This document shows positions 49,981-59,137 of a stretch of DNA of 64,000 bases, piece after piece. The position numbers and the translations under genes are program-made. The notes under the pieces are model-generated. The model was not told the DNA's origin and searched no databases. It worked only from the letters and a program-made list of their open reading frames with translations. The stretch is taken from positions 231,532 through 295,531 of the forward strand of contig JBHLKM010000002.1 in the NCBI GenBank assembly GCA_048886685.1. Reading direction: 5' to 3'. The stretch comes from Candidatus Hodarchaeota archaeon. GTDB taxonomy: Archaea; Asgardarchaeota; Lokiarchaeia; Sigyniarchaeales; SOKP01. Each line of letters begins with the position of its first letter. The stretch's first letter is position 1.

Positions 49981-50307
49981 CTATTCATTTTTCCTCCAAG
50001 GCTTCGTAAGTTGATGTGCTGCCATTTTTGGTCTTCGATCTCGCGTTAATACGCCTATATAATTTATTCCCCCCATTCTTCGAATTCCTTGGGCAGTTTT
50101 AAAGTCACATAAGTTCCAAACATGGTGTCCCACGATGTATGGCTTTTTATCCAAGAGTTCAATATAGCGCGTTAAAAATTCTACTTGATATTCTTCACTA
50201 AACATTTCTGGAGGTTGTGCATGCCATCCTGATATAGTATCTGCTCCAAATTCGCTTAATATTATTGGTTTATCATATAATTGATAAATTTTATCTAGTT
50301 CTGTTGC
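49981..50307 (-). pseudogene. C-terminal remnant of a GH2 beta-glucuronidase
   Basis: KPIILSEFGADTISGWH...FSEEYQ...VGHHVWNLCDF...GVLTRDRRPKMAA; bounded by an upstream TAA at 50308-50310 with no N-terminal domains. Confidence 0.75.
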
Positions 50308-50442
50308 TTATTCAAAATTATATTCTTATAATAATTTTCCTTTTCTGCAATTGTATTGGTAATTTTGAAGAAATATTTTAATTGTGGAAAATTCAGAATC
50401 ATATAATATAATAAACATTAAAAGAAAGGGAGAAAGAAATAA

Positions 50443-51882
50443 ATGATTGGGATAAAATCTTATGGTGCATATTTACCAAAATATCTTATGCCCCGTGAGC
50501 TGATTGCAAAAGCTTGGGACTTTCCATCAGTTCCCGGTACTAAAGCTGTTGCGAGCATTGATGAAGATAGTATTACAATGGCAGTTGAAGCTGGATTAGA
50601 CTGTTTAAGTGGAATTGACCCAAAGAGTATTGATGGTCTATTTTTTGCTACAACAACTCAAGTATATACAGAAAAAGATTCGGCTTCATTTATAGCCACA
50701 GTGTTAGATTTAAGGGAAGACATTATTACTACAGACTTTACTGATTCTTTAAAAGCTGGAACGACAGCTCTAGCTAGAGCAATTGATACTATTAAAGCAA
50801 ATAAAGATATAAGCACTATACTAGTTATTGCCGCTGATACAAGGGAAGCTGAACCTGCAACTATGTCAGAATTTGGATTTGCTGATGGGGCTGCTGCGCT
50901 TCTTGTTAAGGAAGGAGAAGATCTACCTCTTGTAATTGATGATTATTATTCTATTTCAGCTAATGTTACTGGACCTTGGAAACGGACAAAAGAAGATAGT
51001 TTTATTAGGACTTTTGAAGCTAAAATGGATAACCAATTCTACACTCAAAGCATAATAAGGGTTATGTCTGAGATTATGAAAAGGAATAATTTGAATCCTG
51101 AGGATATTGATGTAGCGGCATATTATTATAACAATCCTCGAACACATGGTCGTATTTCCAAAATGATGAAATTCAGTCAAGGAGTTGCTCAAAATGGATT
51201 ATTTTTTCAGATCGGTGACCTTGGTACTCCAATGCCTTTTATGTTATTAATATCGGCCATGAAACGTCCAAAAGAAGATGCAAAGGTTATTTTAGCAGGA
51301 TTTGGTGATGGAGCTGACGCAATCCTAATGCATATTCAAGACAGAAAAGGTCTCAGAGAACTAACAAAGAATCATATGGGCTTATCAGGACATCAAAAAA
51401 CAATGAAAACACTGGAAAACTATACTGTATATATAGAAAACAAAAAGCTACTTACTAAGGATCGTTATGTTCGAAAAAGTTCTGCTGTGACAATGTGGCG
51501 TGAAACACCTACAGTATATAAGATGTATGGTAATAAATGCAAAAATTGTGGTACTGTTCAGTATCCTTCTACATTTAGATCTTGTATTGTTTGTAGGGCT
51601 GATGATCAAATGGAACTTGTGAAACTTGCTCTAAAAGGTAAAATATTTACTTATACATTAGATCATTTAGTTGGTGGATCATATATGGCTACACCTATAC
51701 CTCGTTGTGTTATAGATCTTGATGGTGGTGGGCGTATTTTAGTAAATATGACAGAAATAGAAAATCCAGAAGAGAATGTAAAGATTGGAATGGAAGTTGA
51801 ATTAACTTTCAGAAAAGAGCATGAAGGTGCTGATTTCAAAAATTATTATTGGAAATGTCGACCTTTAAGGGGAAGAATTTAA
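50443..51882 (+). CDS. HMG-CoA synthase/KASIII-fold protein fused to DUF35 (zinc ribbon plus OB-fold)
   Basis: DEDSITMAVEA, GFGDGADA, CKNCG...CIVC, LTFRK; the catalytic-Cys position reads SLKAGT. Confidence 0.82.
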   Translation: MIGIKSYGAYLPKYLMPRELIAKAWDFPSVPGTKAVASIDEDSITMAVEAGLDCLSGIDPKSIDGLFFATTTQVYTEKDSASFIATVLDLREDIITTDFTDSLKAGTTALARAIDTIKANKDISTILVIAADTREAEPATMSEFGFADGAAALLVKEGEDLPLVIDDYYSISANVTGPWKRTKEDSFIRTFEAKMDNQFYTQSIIRVMSEIMKRNNLNPEDIDVAAYYYNNPRTHGRISKMMKFSQGVAQNGLFFQIGDLGTPMPFMLLISAMKRPKEDAKVILAGFGDGADAILMHIQDRKGLRELTKNHMGLSGHQKTMKTLENYTVYIENKKLLTKDRYVRKSSAVTMWRETPTVYKMYGNKCKNCGTVQYPSTFRSCIVCRADDQMELVKLALKGKIFTYTLDHLVGGSYMATPIPRCVIDLDGGGRILVNMTEIENPEENVKIGMEVELTFRKEHEGADFKNYYWKCRPLRGRI

Positions 51883-51896
51883 AGGAGGTGGAGAGG

Positions 51897-53084
51897 TTGG
51901 TAGTAAAAGGAATTAAAGATAAAATCGCTATTATTGGATGTGATGCTACAAAATATGGAGAATTATGGGATAAAGGAAGGGAAGACTTACTTTTTGAAGC
52001 AACTCAGGGTGCTATTAAAGATGCTGGAATCAAAAAGGATGAAATCGAAGCAGCATGGGTTGGTATTTATTATTATTTTACTGGAATGTCAGGTGCTACG
52101 GTAGAAGATATATTAAGACTTGATGGTATTCCAATTACTCGAACTGAGAATTATTGTGCCTCAGGGATGGATGCTTTTCGAAATGCATGTTTTGGAGTTG
52201 TTAGTGGTGCCTATGATGTAGTTCTCGCATGTGGAGTTGAAAAACTTATGGATGAAGGTTCAAGTGGATTACCCGGTTTTAAGATATTTGGGCATCCCGT
52301 ATTACCTTTACCATCTGCACCCGCTATGTTTTCAATGGCAGCAACAAGATGTTTTCATGAATTTGGGTGGACAAAGGAGGACATATCTCGAGTAGCAGTT
52401 AAAAATCATGATAATGGATCCTATCATCCGAAAGCTCATTTTAGAAGCAAGATATCAATCGACCAGGCAATGAAGGCTCCGATGATTGCTGATCCACTAG
52501 GACGTTTCGACTGTTGTGCTATGTCAGATGGTGCTGCATCATTGATTTTAACTAGACCAGAGCTAGCAGAAAGTTATGCTCATGCTGATGATTACATTGT
52601 AGTTAAATCAAATCAAATATCAACTCGAACGAATTTTCCATGGTACGTCCCTCCAAACGGACCTGGAGCGGATTTTACTAGTTTTCCATCTACAGTTAAA
52701 GCGGCTGAAATGGCTTATAAAGAAGCGGGGATTACCAATCCTAGAAAAGAAATTGATGCAGCAGAAGTTCATGATTGTTTTACTATTACAGAACTTATTA
52801 ATTATCAAGATTTGCAATTTTGTGATCGTGGTATGGCTGCAGAAGAATTAAAGAATGGAACGTTTGATTGGGATGGAGAAACAGCTGTTAATCCGAGTGG
52901 TGGTCTAAAATCGTTCGGACATCCGATTGGAAGTACTGGTTGTAGAATGCTTCAAGAGATAACTAAACAATTACAAGGGCGTGCTGAAGGGAGACAAGTT
53001 CCTGATGCAAAGATTGGATTATGTCATAATCTTGGAGGAGCGTTCAGCGTTGCATCAGTTACGATTTTAGGTCAGAGAGGTTGA
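51897..53084 (+). CDS. Acetyl-CoA acetyltransferase (SCP2-type thiolase)
   Basis: ENYCASG, EVHDCF, GHPIGSTG, HNLGG. TTG 51897 follows GGAGGTGG and matches the paralog N-terminus. Confidence 0.88.
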   Translation: MVVKGIKDKIAIIGCDATKYGELWDKGREDLLFEATQGAIKDAGIKKDEIEAAWVGIYYYFTGMSGATVEDILRLDGIPITRTENYCASGMDAFRNACFGVVSGAYDVVLACGVEKLMDEGSSGLPGFKIFGHPVLPLPSAPAMFSMAATRCFHEFGWTKEDISRVAVKNHDNGSYHPKAHFRSKISIDQAMKAPMIADPLGRFDCCAMSDGAASLILTRPELAESYAHADDYIVVKSNQISTRTNFPWYVPPNGPGADFTSFPSTVKAAEMAYKEAGITNPRKEIDAAEVHDCFTITELINYQDLQFCDRGMAAEELKNGTFDWDGETAVNPSGGLKSFGHPIGSTGCRMLQEITKQLQGRAEGRQVPDAKIGLCHNLGGAFSVASVTILGQRG

Positions 53085-53088
53085 TTAT

Positions 53089-54264
53089 ATGGTTATCCAT
53101 GGTATTAAAGATAAGGTTGCGGTTATTGGTTGTGAAGCTACAAAATATGGTGAATTATGGAATAAAAGCAAAGAGGATTTACTTTTTGAATCAACTCAAG
53201 GTGCAATTAAAGATGCTGGTATTACCAAAGAGGATATAGATGCCGCTTGGCTAGGGGTTTATTATTTCTTTACAGGTGTTTCTGGAACTACTTTAGAAGA
53301 TTCACTAAGGTTAGGTGGTAAACCAGTAACTAGATGTGAGAATTATTGTGCTTCTGGAATGGATGCCTTCCGTAATGCTTGTTTCGGGGTTGCTTCTGGA
53401 GCATATGATGTAGCTATGGCCTGTGGTGTGGAAAAATTAATGGATGAGGGAGGAAGAGGGCTTCCTGGTACTACAGTAATGGGTCATCCTGTATTACCAC
53501 GTCCATCAGCACCTGCGATCTTTTGTCTACTTGCTACTCGTAGTTTTCATGAATATGGATGGAATAAAGAAGATTTAGCGCGTGTAGCTGTAAAAAACCA
53601 CGAAAATGGCTATTATCATCCAAAGGCGCATTTCAAAATGAAAATCACATTGGAACAAGCGTTAAATGCTCCAATGATTGCCGATCCTCTTGGGAGGTTT
53701 GATTGTTGTGCTATGAGTGATGGTTCTGCTGCGTTAATCCTAACTCGACCTGAGCTAGCAGAATCTTATGCTCATGCCGATGATTATGTTCTTGTTAAAT
53801 CCAACTCTCTATCTGTGCATACGGCGTTCCCTTGGTATGATACAAAGTTCGAATTTACATCAGCCCCGGCAACTGTTGATGCTGCAATAATGGCATATAA
53901 AGAAGCAGGTATTACAAATCCTAGGAAAGAGATTGACTTAGCTGAAGTTCATGATTGTTTTACTATAACTGAGTTATTAAACTGTCAAGATCTACAATTT
54001 TGCGAGCGAGGAAAAGCAGCTGAAGAATTAAAAAATGGTACATTTAATTGGGATGGGGAAACAGCAGTGAACCCAAGTGGTGGACTTAAATCATTTGGTC
54101 ATCCAATTGGAAGTACTGGATGCAGAATGGTTCAAGAGGTTACAAAACAACTACAGGGAAGAGCAGAAGGAAGACAAGTACCTGACGCAAGAATTGGTTT
54201 AGCTCACAACCTCGGTGGAGCTTATGCTGTCTGTTCGGTTACTATCTTAGGTCAAAAAGACTAA
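53089..54264 (+). CDS. Acetyl-CoA acetyltransferase (SCP2-type thiolase), tandem paralog
   Basis: Same motifs as, and high identity to, the preceding gene. Confidence 0.88.
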   Translation: MVIHGIKDKVAVIGCEATKYGELWNKSKEDLLFESTQGAIKDAGITKEDIDAAWLGVYYFFTGVSGTTLEDSLRLGGKPVTRCENYCASGMDAFRNACFGVASGAYDVAMACGVEKLMDEGGRGLPGTTVMGHPVLPRPSAPAIFCLLATRSFHEYGWNKEDLARVAVKNHENGYYHPKAHFKMKITLEQALNAPMIADPLGRFDCCAMSDGSAALILTRPELAESYAHADDYVLVKSNSLSVHTAFPWYDTKFEFTSAPATVDAAIMAYKEAGITNPRKEIDLAEVHDCFTITELLNCQDLQFCERGKAAEELKNGTFNWDGETAVNPSGGLKSFGHPIGSTGCRMVQEVTKQLQGRAEGRQVPDARIGLAHNLGGAYAVCSVTILGQKD

Positions 54265-54308
54265 TTAAGAAGTGAATTAAAAAAAAGAAGATAAAAAAAT
54301 TTTTTATT

Positions 54309-54692
54309 TTATTCAAGTCCTATTTTAGAAGCATATTTGATTATCATAAATATTATAAAAGCAATAATAACGAAATTAATAAAAGCAGCTATAAAATTAC
54401 CTATCCCAAAAACACCAAGCTTAATATCTTGAATTGTATCAAAACCGGGTATAAATATTCCGATTATCGGTGTTATTATATCTTGAGCTAGTGATAAAAT
54501 AAGAGCGTTGACAGCAAGTCCGATAATGAAAGCGGATGCTAATCCAAGGATTTTGTACTTTTTAATGAACTGTAAAAATTCAGCAGCAAGACTTTTTGGT
54601 TTCTCTGGAACCGGTTCTGGTTTAGGAGTAAGAAGCTCCCGTATTTTCTTTAATTCTTCCAACATTTCATTTTCTTTTGACATTTTATACAC
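54309..54692 (-). CDS. mscL: Large-conductance mechanosensitive channel family protein
   Basis: EFLQFIKKYKILGLASAFIIG, DIITPII, GNFIAAFINFVIIAF. Confidence 0.82.
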   Translation of the reverse strand: MYKMSKENEMLEELKKIRELLTPKPEPVPEKPKSLAAEFLQFIKKYKILGLASAFIIGLAVNALILSLAQDIITPIIGIFIPGFDTIQDIKLGVFGIGNFIAAFINFVIIAFIIFMIIKYASKIGLE

Positions 54693-54985
54693 ATATTTTA
54701 GTATTTTTTAATTAGAGTAATTAATAATTTATTCCTTAATTATATAAATTTAATTTATATATTTCATAAAGGAGCAATTAAAGACATATACAGTAATGAC
54801 AGAAGTAGAAATAAACACTCTTTTCTCTAAAATCCTAAATAAAAAAATTATTTCTGGTTAATCTATATATTTGGATAATTTTTTTACTAAATTTTAAATA
54901 AGTTTATAAGGTGGTATTTCTATTAGAATAACTCAATAGACATCATTAAATTTTACGTAAAAAGGATACAAGGAGGAATAATCAA

Positions 54986-55894
54986 CTGAAAAGTCATAGA
55001 GAATACCTAGAAAAGAATGAGTCTTTAGAGGAATTATGTTGTAAAGAGCCAGATATTGCTTTTAGGGGAGGTAATAAAGTTTGTTTGAATTGTGGATTGA
55101 TATCAGATATTCATTTGGTCGAAATTGAAAGAAGAGCTTATAATAAAGAAGAAATTGAAAATAGAAAACAGACTGAACCAAGATGGAGAGAGTTTGGATC
55201 TAGAACTGTACTTTCTAAAGACAAATTGGATTATAAAGGAAATAATTTGGGGCCTGAAAAAAATACTCTTTTCTTACGTTTATCGAAAATTCAGAATTCT
55301 TTAATTACAAGCATCGAGAGAAATTTCTGGGAAGCTAAGCCAAAAATGAAACTAATTGTATCTAAATTGAATATTCCTGAATACATTCATGAAACAGCGT
55401 GGAAAATATATTGTCTTATAGCAAAAAAAAAGTTAACCATGGGACGTTCAATTGAAGGTTTTATTGCGGCATCTCTATATGTGGCAATTAGAGTACATGA
55501 ATTTCCAAAAATATTAGAAGAAATTAGTGATGTAACTATGATCCCCCGTAAGACTATAATACATAGTTTAAGTTTAATTCTTAGGGAAGTTTTACCAGAA
55601 TTAAATTTAAATTATAAACCTATTAGTGTTAAACAGCTAATATATAAATTTGGAAATGAATTAGGTCTTTCAATGGAGATTCAAAAGAATGCTTTGAATT
55701 TAGTTTCTAATTCTTCAAAAAGGGGGCTCTCTTTGATTGGAAAAGATCCTAAAGGATTTGCAGCATCATCAATATATCTATCAGCAAAATCTTCAGGCAA
55801 AAAATTGACTCAAACTGAAATAGCTAAAGCTACTAAAATAACAGAAGTCACGTTAAGAACTAGAATAAAAGAGCTTAAAAATACGATGAATTAA
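54986..55894 (+). CDS. tfb: Transcription initiation factor IIB (TFB)
   Basis: Cyclin repeats (LTMGRSIEGFIAASLY, GKDPKGFAAS, TQTEIA..TEVTLR). The zinc ribbon CC...VCLNCG begins upstream of the track start 55085; CTG 54986 follows AGGAGG. Confidence 0.9.
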   Translation: MKSHREYLEKNESLEELCCKEPDIAFRGGNKVCLNCGLISDIHLVEIERRAYNKEEIENRKQTEPRWREFGSRTVLSKDKLDYKGNNLGPEKNTLFLRLSKIQNSLITSIERNFWEAKPKMKLIVSKLNIPEYIHETAWKIYCLIAKKKLTMGRSIEGFIAASLYVAIRVHEFPKILEEISDVTMIPRKTIIHSLSLILREVLPELNLNYKPISVKQLIYKFGNELGLSMEIQKNALNLVSNSSKRGLSLIGKDPKGFAASSIYLSAKSSGKKLTQTEIAKATKITEVTLRTRIKELKNTMN

Positions 55895-56419
55895 ATTCAA
55901 TAGACAAAATCTAGTTATTAAAAAATGAAAAAAATTTATTATTTATTGATCCTATTCAATATAAGCAAATATTAATAAAATTTAAAATTAGACTTTATGA
56001 TTTAGCATAAATATTAGTATAATTTTGTCTAAGAAAATATACTTTATATAGGCGTTGAGTTTAAAAAGAAAGGGCAAGAATATGGGATAGACTTGATGTC
56101 TGTTTCACAGAAGTTTCTGTAAAGTTTAGTGAGAGAATAGAAAAGTTTTTAGTTCCTAGATTTGATCAATTAACATAAATTATATATTCAAACAAAACAC
56201 TAGCTTCTGAAGTTGGAACTGAAATTTCAAAAGAAAATAACCTTGTAATACAATTTTCTAAAGTATAACTTTATAATACAAACTGTTGAGCATTAAAGTG
56301 TAATTCCACTATTTTACTATTCAAAATATTAGTAATAATTAAAATATTCTATATTCAAACAACAAATATTATCACGGGGATTCAAAAATTATTTAATTTT
56401 ACAATAATTTTGATTAATC

Positions 56420-57271
56420 ATGGATGCTACTTTTAATAAATTTAGAGGAGACGTAAAAACAGAAACTGTTAAATATTTAGCAGATCCGCAGCTTAGAAAT
56501 ATTGTTAATGTGTCTATTGCTCTGGGACGCCCTTTGCTAGTGAAAGGAGAACCTGGAACAGGAAAAACTATGCTAGCCCATGCGATAGCGTTAAATTTAG
56601 GCAAAAGATTAATAATCTGGAATATTAAGAGTACAACTGAAGCTATTGATGGGTGCTATATGTATGACACAGTTCAAAGATTGAATGATAGTAGATTCGG
56701 ATGTGAGGATCGCGATGTTAATAATATTCATGATTATATCACTTTTGGTCCATTAGGAGACGCTTTTAATTCTGATGAGCAGGTTGTACTTCTTATAGAT
56801 GAAATTGATAAAGCTGATATCGAGTTTCCAAATGATTTATTGCAGGAATTAGATGTTATGGAGTTTTATATAAAAGAAACAAAAGAATTTATAAAAGCAA
56901 AAACCAGACCAATAGTAATCATTACTTCTAACAATGAAAAAGAACTTCCTGATGCATTTTTAAGAAGATGTGTGTTCCATTGGATTGAATTTCCTTCAAA
57001 AGAATTTATGGCAGATATATGTAATCTTCATTATCCAAACCTAAAAGAAAATTTATTGGAACAATGCCTAAATCATTTTTATGCATTAAGAGCCATAACC
57101 AAAATGCGAAAATTACCTTCTACTTCTGAACTCCTTGATTGGATTGGAGTATTATTGAAAAGTGGAATAAGCATTGAAGAATTACGCACCCAAATTCCTT
57201 TTTTGGGAGTTTTGATAAAAAAAGAGAAGGACCTTGAAATAGCCCTAGAGAAAATCAAATTTCCTTCATGA
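56420..57271 (+). CDS. MoxR/CoxD-like AAA+ ATPase
   Basis: GEPGTGKT, LLIDEIDKAD, ITSNNEKELPDAFLRRC. Confidence 0.92.
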   Translation: MDATFNKFRGDVKTETVKYLADPQLRNIVNVSIALGRPLLVKGEPGTGKTMLAHAIALNLGKRLIIWNIKSTTEAIDGCYMYDTVQRLNDSRFGCEDRDVNNIHDYITFGPLGDAFNSDEQVVLLIDEIDKADIEFPNDLLQELDVMEFYIKETKEFIKAKTRPIVIITSNNEKELPDAFLRRCVFHWIEFPSKEFMADICNLHYPNLKENLLEQCLNHFYALRAITKMRKLPSTSELLDWIGVLLKSGISIEELRTQIPFLGVLIKKEKDLEIALEKIKFPS

Positions 57272-57319
57272 TTTTAGATTACCTGTTATTTTTTAAAAAT
57301 TTTAATTCAATTACTATCG

Positions 57320-57559
57320 GTGCAGAACTATGAATATTCATGGAACAAGAAAAAATTTATAGAAATAATAGAATTTTATGAGAATGACGATTATCAAGAG
57401 TATCTAGGTGAAGAACAATACCATGATGGTATTAGAGTCCACGATACCTATGTTAGAGGAGATTGGGATATTAACTTTAAAAAACTGGTATATAGCAAGG
57501 AACGAAAGAATTATTATACTGAACAAGGCTGGTATTATCTATATTCTATCCTAGAATAA
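57320..57559 (+). CDS. Hypothetical protein
   Basis: 79-aa ORF with GTG start and no recognisable motif; possibly a fragment. Confidence 0.4.
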   Translation: MQNYEYSWNKKKFIEIIEFYENDDYQEYLGEEQYHDGIRVHDTYVRGDWDINFKKLVYSKERKNYYTEQGWYYLYSILE

Positions 57560-57591
57560 AAATTAAAAAAAATTTTTTTTTATCTTTTTTT

Positions 57592-57710
57592 AGTGTGTGG
57601 AAGTCGAAAGGGGAGCACAAGGTTCAGGCTTAGGGTCTGAGGGGTTAAGGCGTGTTAGGATTGGTAAAGGTTAATGAGAAGAAAGAAGGAGTATGTTCTT
57701 GAGCAAAGAT
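57592..57710. repeat. Dispersed ~119-bp purine-rich repeat, copy 1
   Basis: Matches 58435-58552: near-identical 44-nt 5' block, variable middle, identical 46-nt 3' block. Confidence 0.9.
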
Positions 57711-57806
57711 TTTATCTTTATTGTAACACCTGCACAGAGACAACAAGGACAGCTAAAACATAACATTTAAATAACAATTTTTCATATTATAATGATGGTG
57801 ACACCA

Positions 57807-58205
57807 ATGTCAAAACCTACAAGAGAAGATGCCTCCTTACTTCTTCAACTATTGGCGATAAGGGGACAAAATAAAAATTTAACAAAAGCTCTTAGATGGA
57901 TATTTGAAGAATTAGATATAAAGAGTTACGACGAATTTAAAGATAAATATCCATTAAAAAGTGAAGGAAACAGATATATCAGAACTTTTTGTAACAATAT
58001 GGAACTTTTAAGCACTCTTGTGAACAAGGAACTTATTAGTGAAGATCTAGTCTTTGATTTAATGGGTTCTCTAATGTGGGAAAAATTAGGACCAATTGTA
58101 ATAGGTTTACGAAAAGACATAGAGATGCCTAGATATTTAGAGAACTATGAAGTATTAGCTAAAAAATATCCTAGTTGGGCAGAAAAAAATCCTCCTAAAG
58201 TTTAA
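57807..58205 (+). CDS. DUF4760-like hypothetical protein
   Basis: MSKPTREDASLLLQL...ELLSTLV...ISEDLVFD...YLENYE; ATG 57807 follows GGTGA (track start is 57792). Confidence 0.6.
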   Translation: MSKPTREDASLLLQLLAIRGQNKNLTKALRWIFEELDIKSYDEFKDKYPLKSEGNRYIRTFCNNMELLSTLVNKELISEDLVFDLMGSLMWEKLGPIVIGLRKDIEMPRYLENYEVLAKKYPSWAEKNPPKV

Positions 58206-58434
58206 ATAATCAAATCTTAAAATCAACTTTTTTTTTCTTGAAAAGGAATCGTATGATTCAGGTAATATTATATTTAAGTATTGGTTTTCAGCTTTACAGA
58301 AGTGTACAACACAGTCAGTAATGCGAACCTTTGGTATGAGACGAGTGCACCCGTAGAAGACGGAGTTGGTGAGGTAGGGGTGTACGTAGGGAACTTTCGG
58401 GCGACCTATTTAGCCTGCTACTCTCAATAGCACG

Positions 58435-58552
58435 AGTGTATGGAAGTCGAAGGGGAGCACAAGGTTCAGGCTTAGGGCGTAAGGTTATAGAGTGTAGACA
58501 GATTGGTAAAGGTTAATGAGAAGAAAGAAGGAGTATGTTCTTGAGCTTAGAT
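58435..58552. repeat. Dispersed ~118-bp purine-rich repeat, copy 2
   Basis: Direct repeat of 57592-57710. Confidence 0.9.
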
Positions 58553-58629
58553 CTTCTTTTTATTTTTACATTTAATTTCTTCTATTTGGCTCAATAGTAA
58601 ATATATTTAAAGGATTTAAATTTTATTTT

Positions 58630-58932
58630 TTATTTATTTAACCTAAATTTTATGAATTTATGTCCTTTATCTTCAAGAATTTTAGATAATAAAACTCTAA
58701 ATACTGATTCTACATTCTCTCCTGTTTTTGATGAACATTCAATATATTTATAGAATTTATATGATTTCATTATGTCTAACACTTCATCATTTTTACAAAC
58801 CCTTTGTTGTTCAAGGTCTAGTTTACCACCAACTATTATGAGAGGTATATATCTAACTGTCTTCCCAAATTCTGGAAGCCAATCATTTAAAGCAATTAAA
58901 CTTTCATAATTAGTATGATCAAACATAAAAAT
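58630..58932 (-). pseudogene. 5'-truncated Rab-like small GTPase
   Basis: Retains GGKLD (G4) and ECSSKTGENV (G5); lacks the P-loop and G3, with an in-frame TGA just upstream. Confidence 0.75.
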
Positions 58933-59137
58933 TCATAAAAAAAGAGAAAGATCTCGAGATAACTTTGGATAAACTCAAGTTTCCAACCTAATCAATTGAT
59001 TTATTTAAAATTTCTAAACTTTATTTTAAATTCTTCCTCCAAATTTTGATTAAGCAAGAAAAATGAAAAACTAATTCGAATCTCAAACTTTAAAATCCTC
59101 AGCTTTGGATCACTTCATAGAAATACCAAGAAAAAAT

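Noticed and set aside
55895-56419. Possible small gene or remnant between tfb and moxR
   Set aside because: Only short broken frames with no recognisable similarity.
57592-58552. Group II intron remnant, SRP RNA, RNase P RNA or attC site
   Set aside because: GTGTG at the repeat start and a GAG.CG..TGC...GTACGT pattern are suggestive, but the domain V base does not pair. The SRP and RNase P consensus motifs are incomplete, and the repeat is not palindromic like attC.
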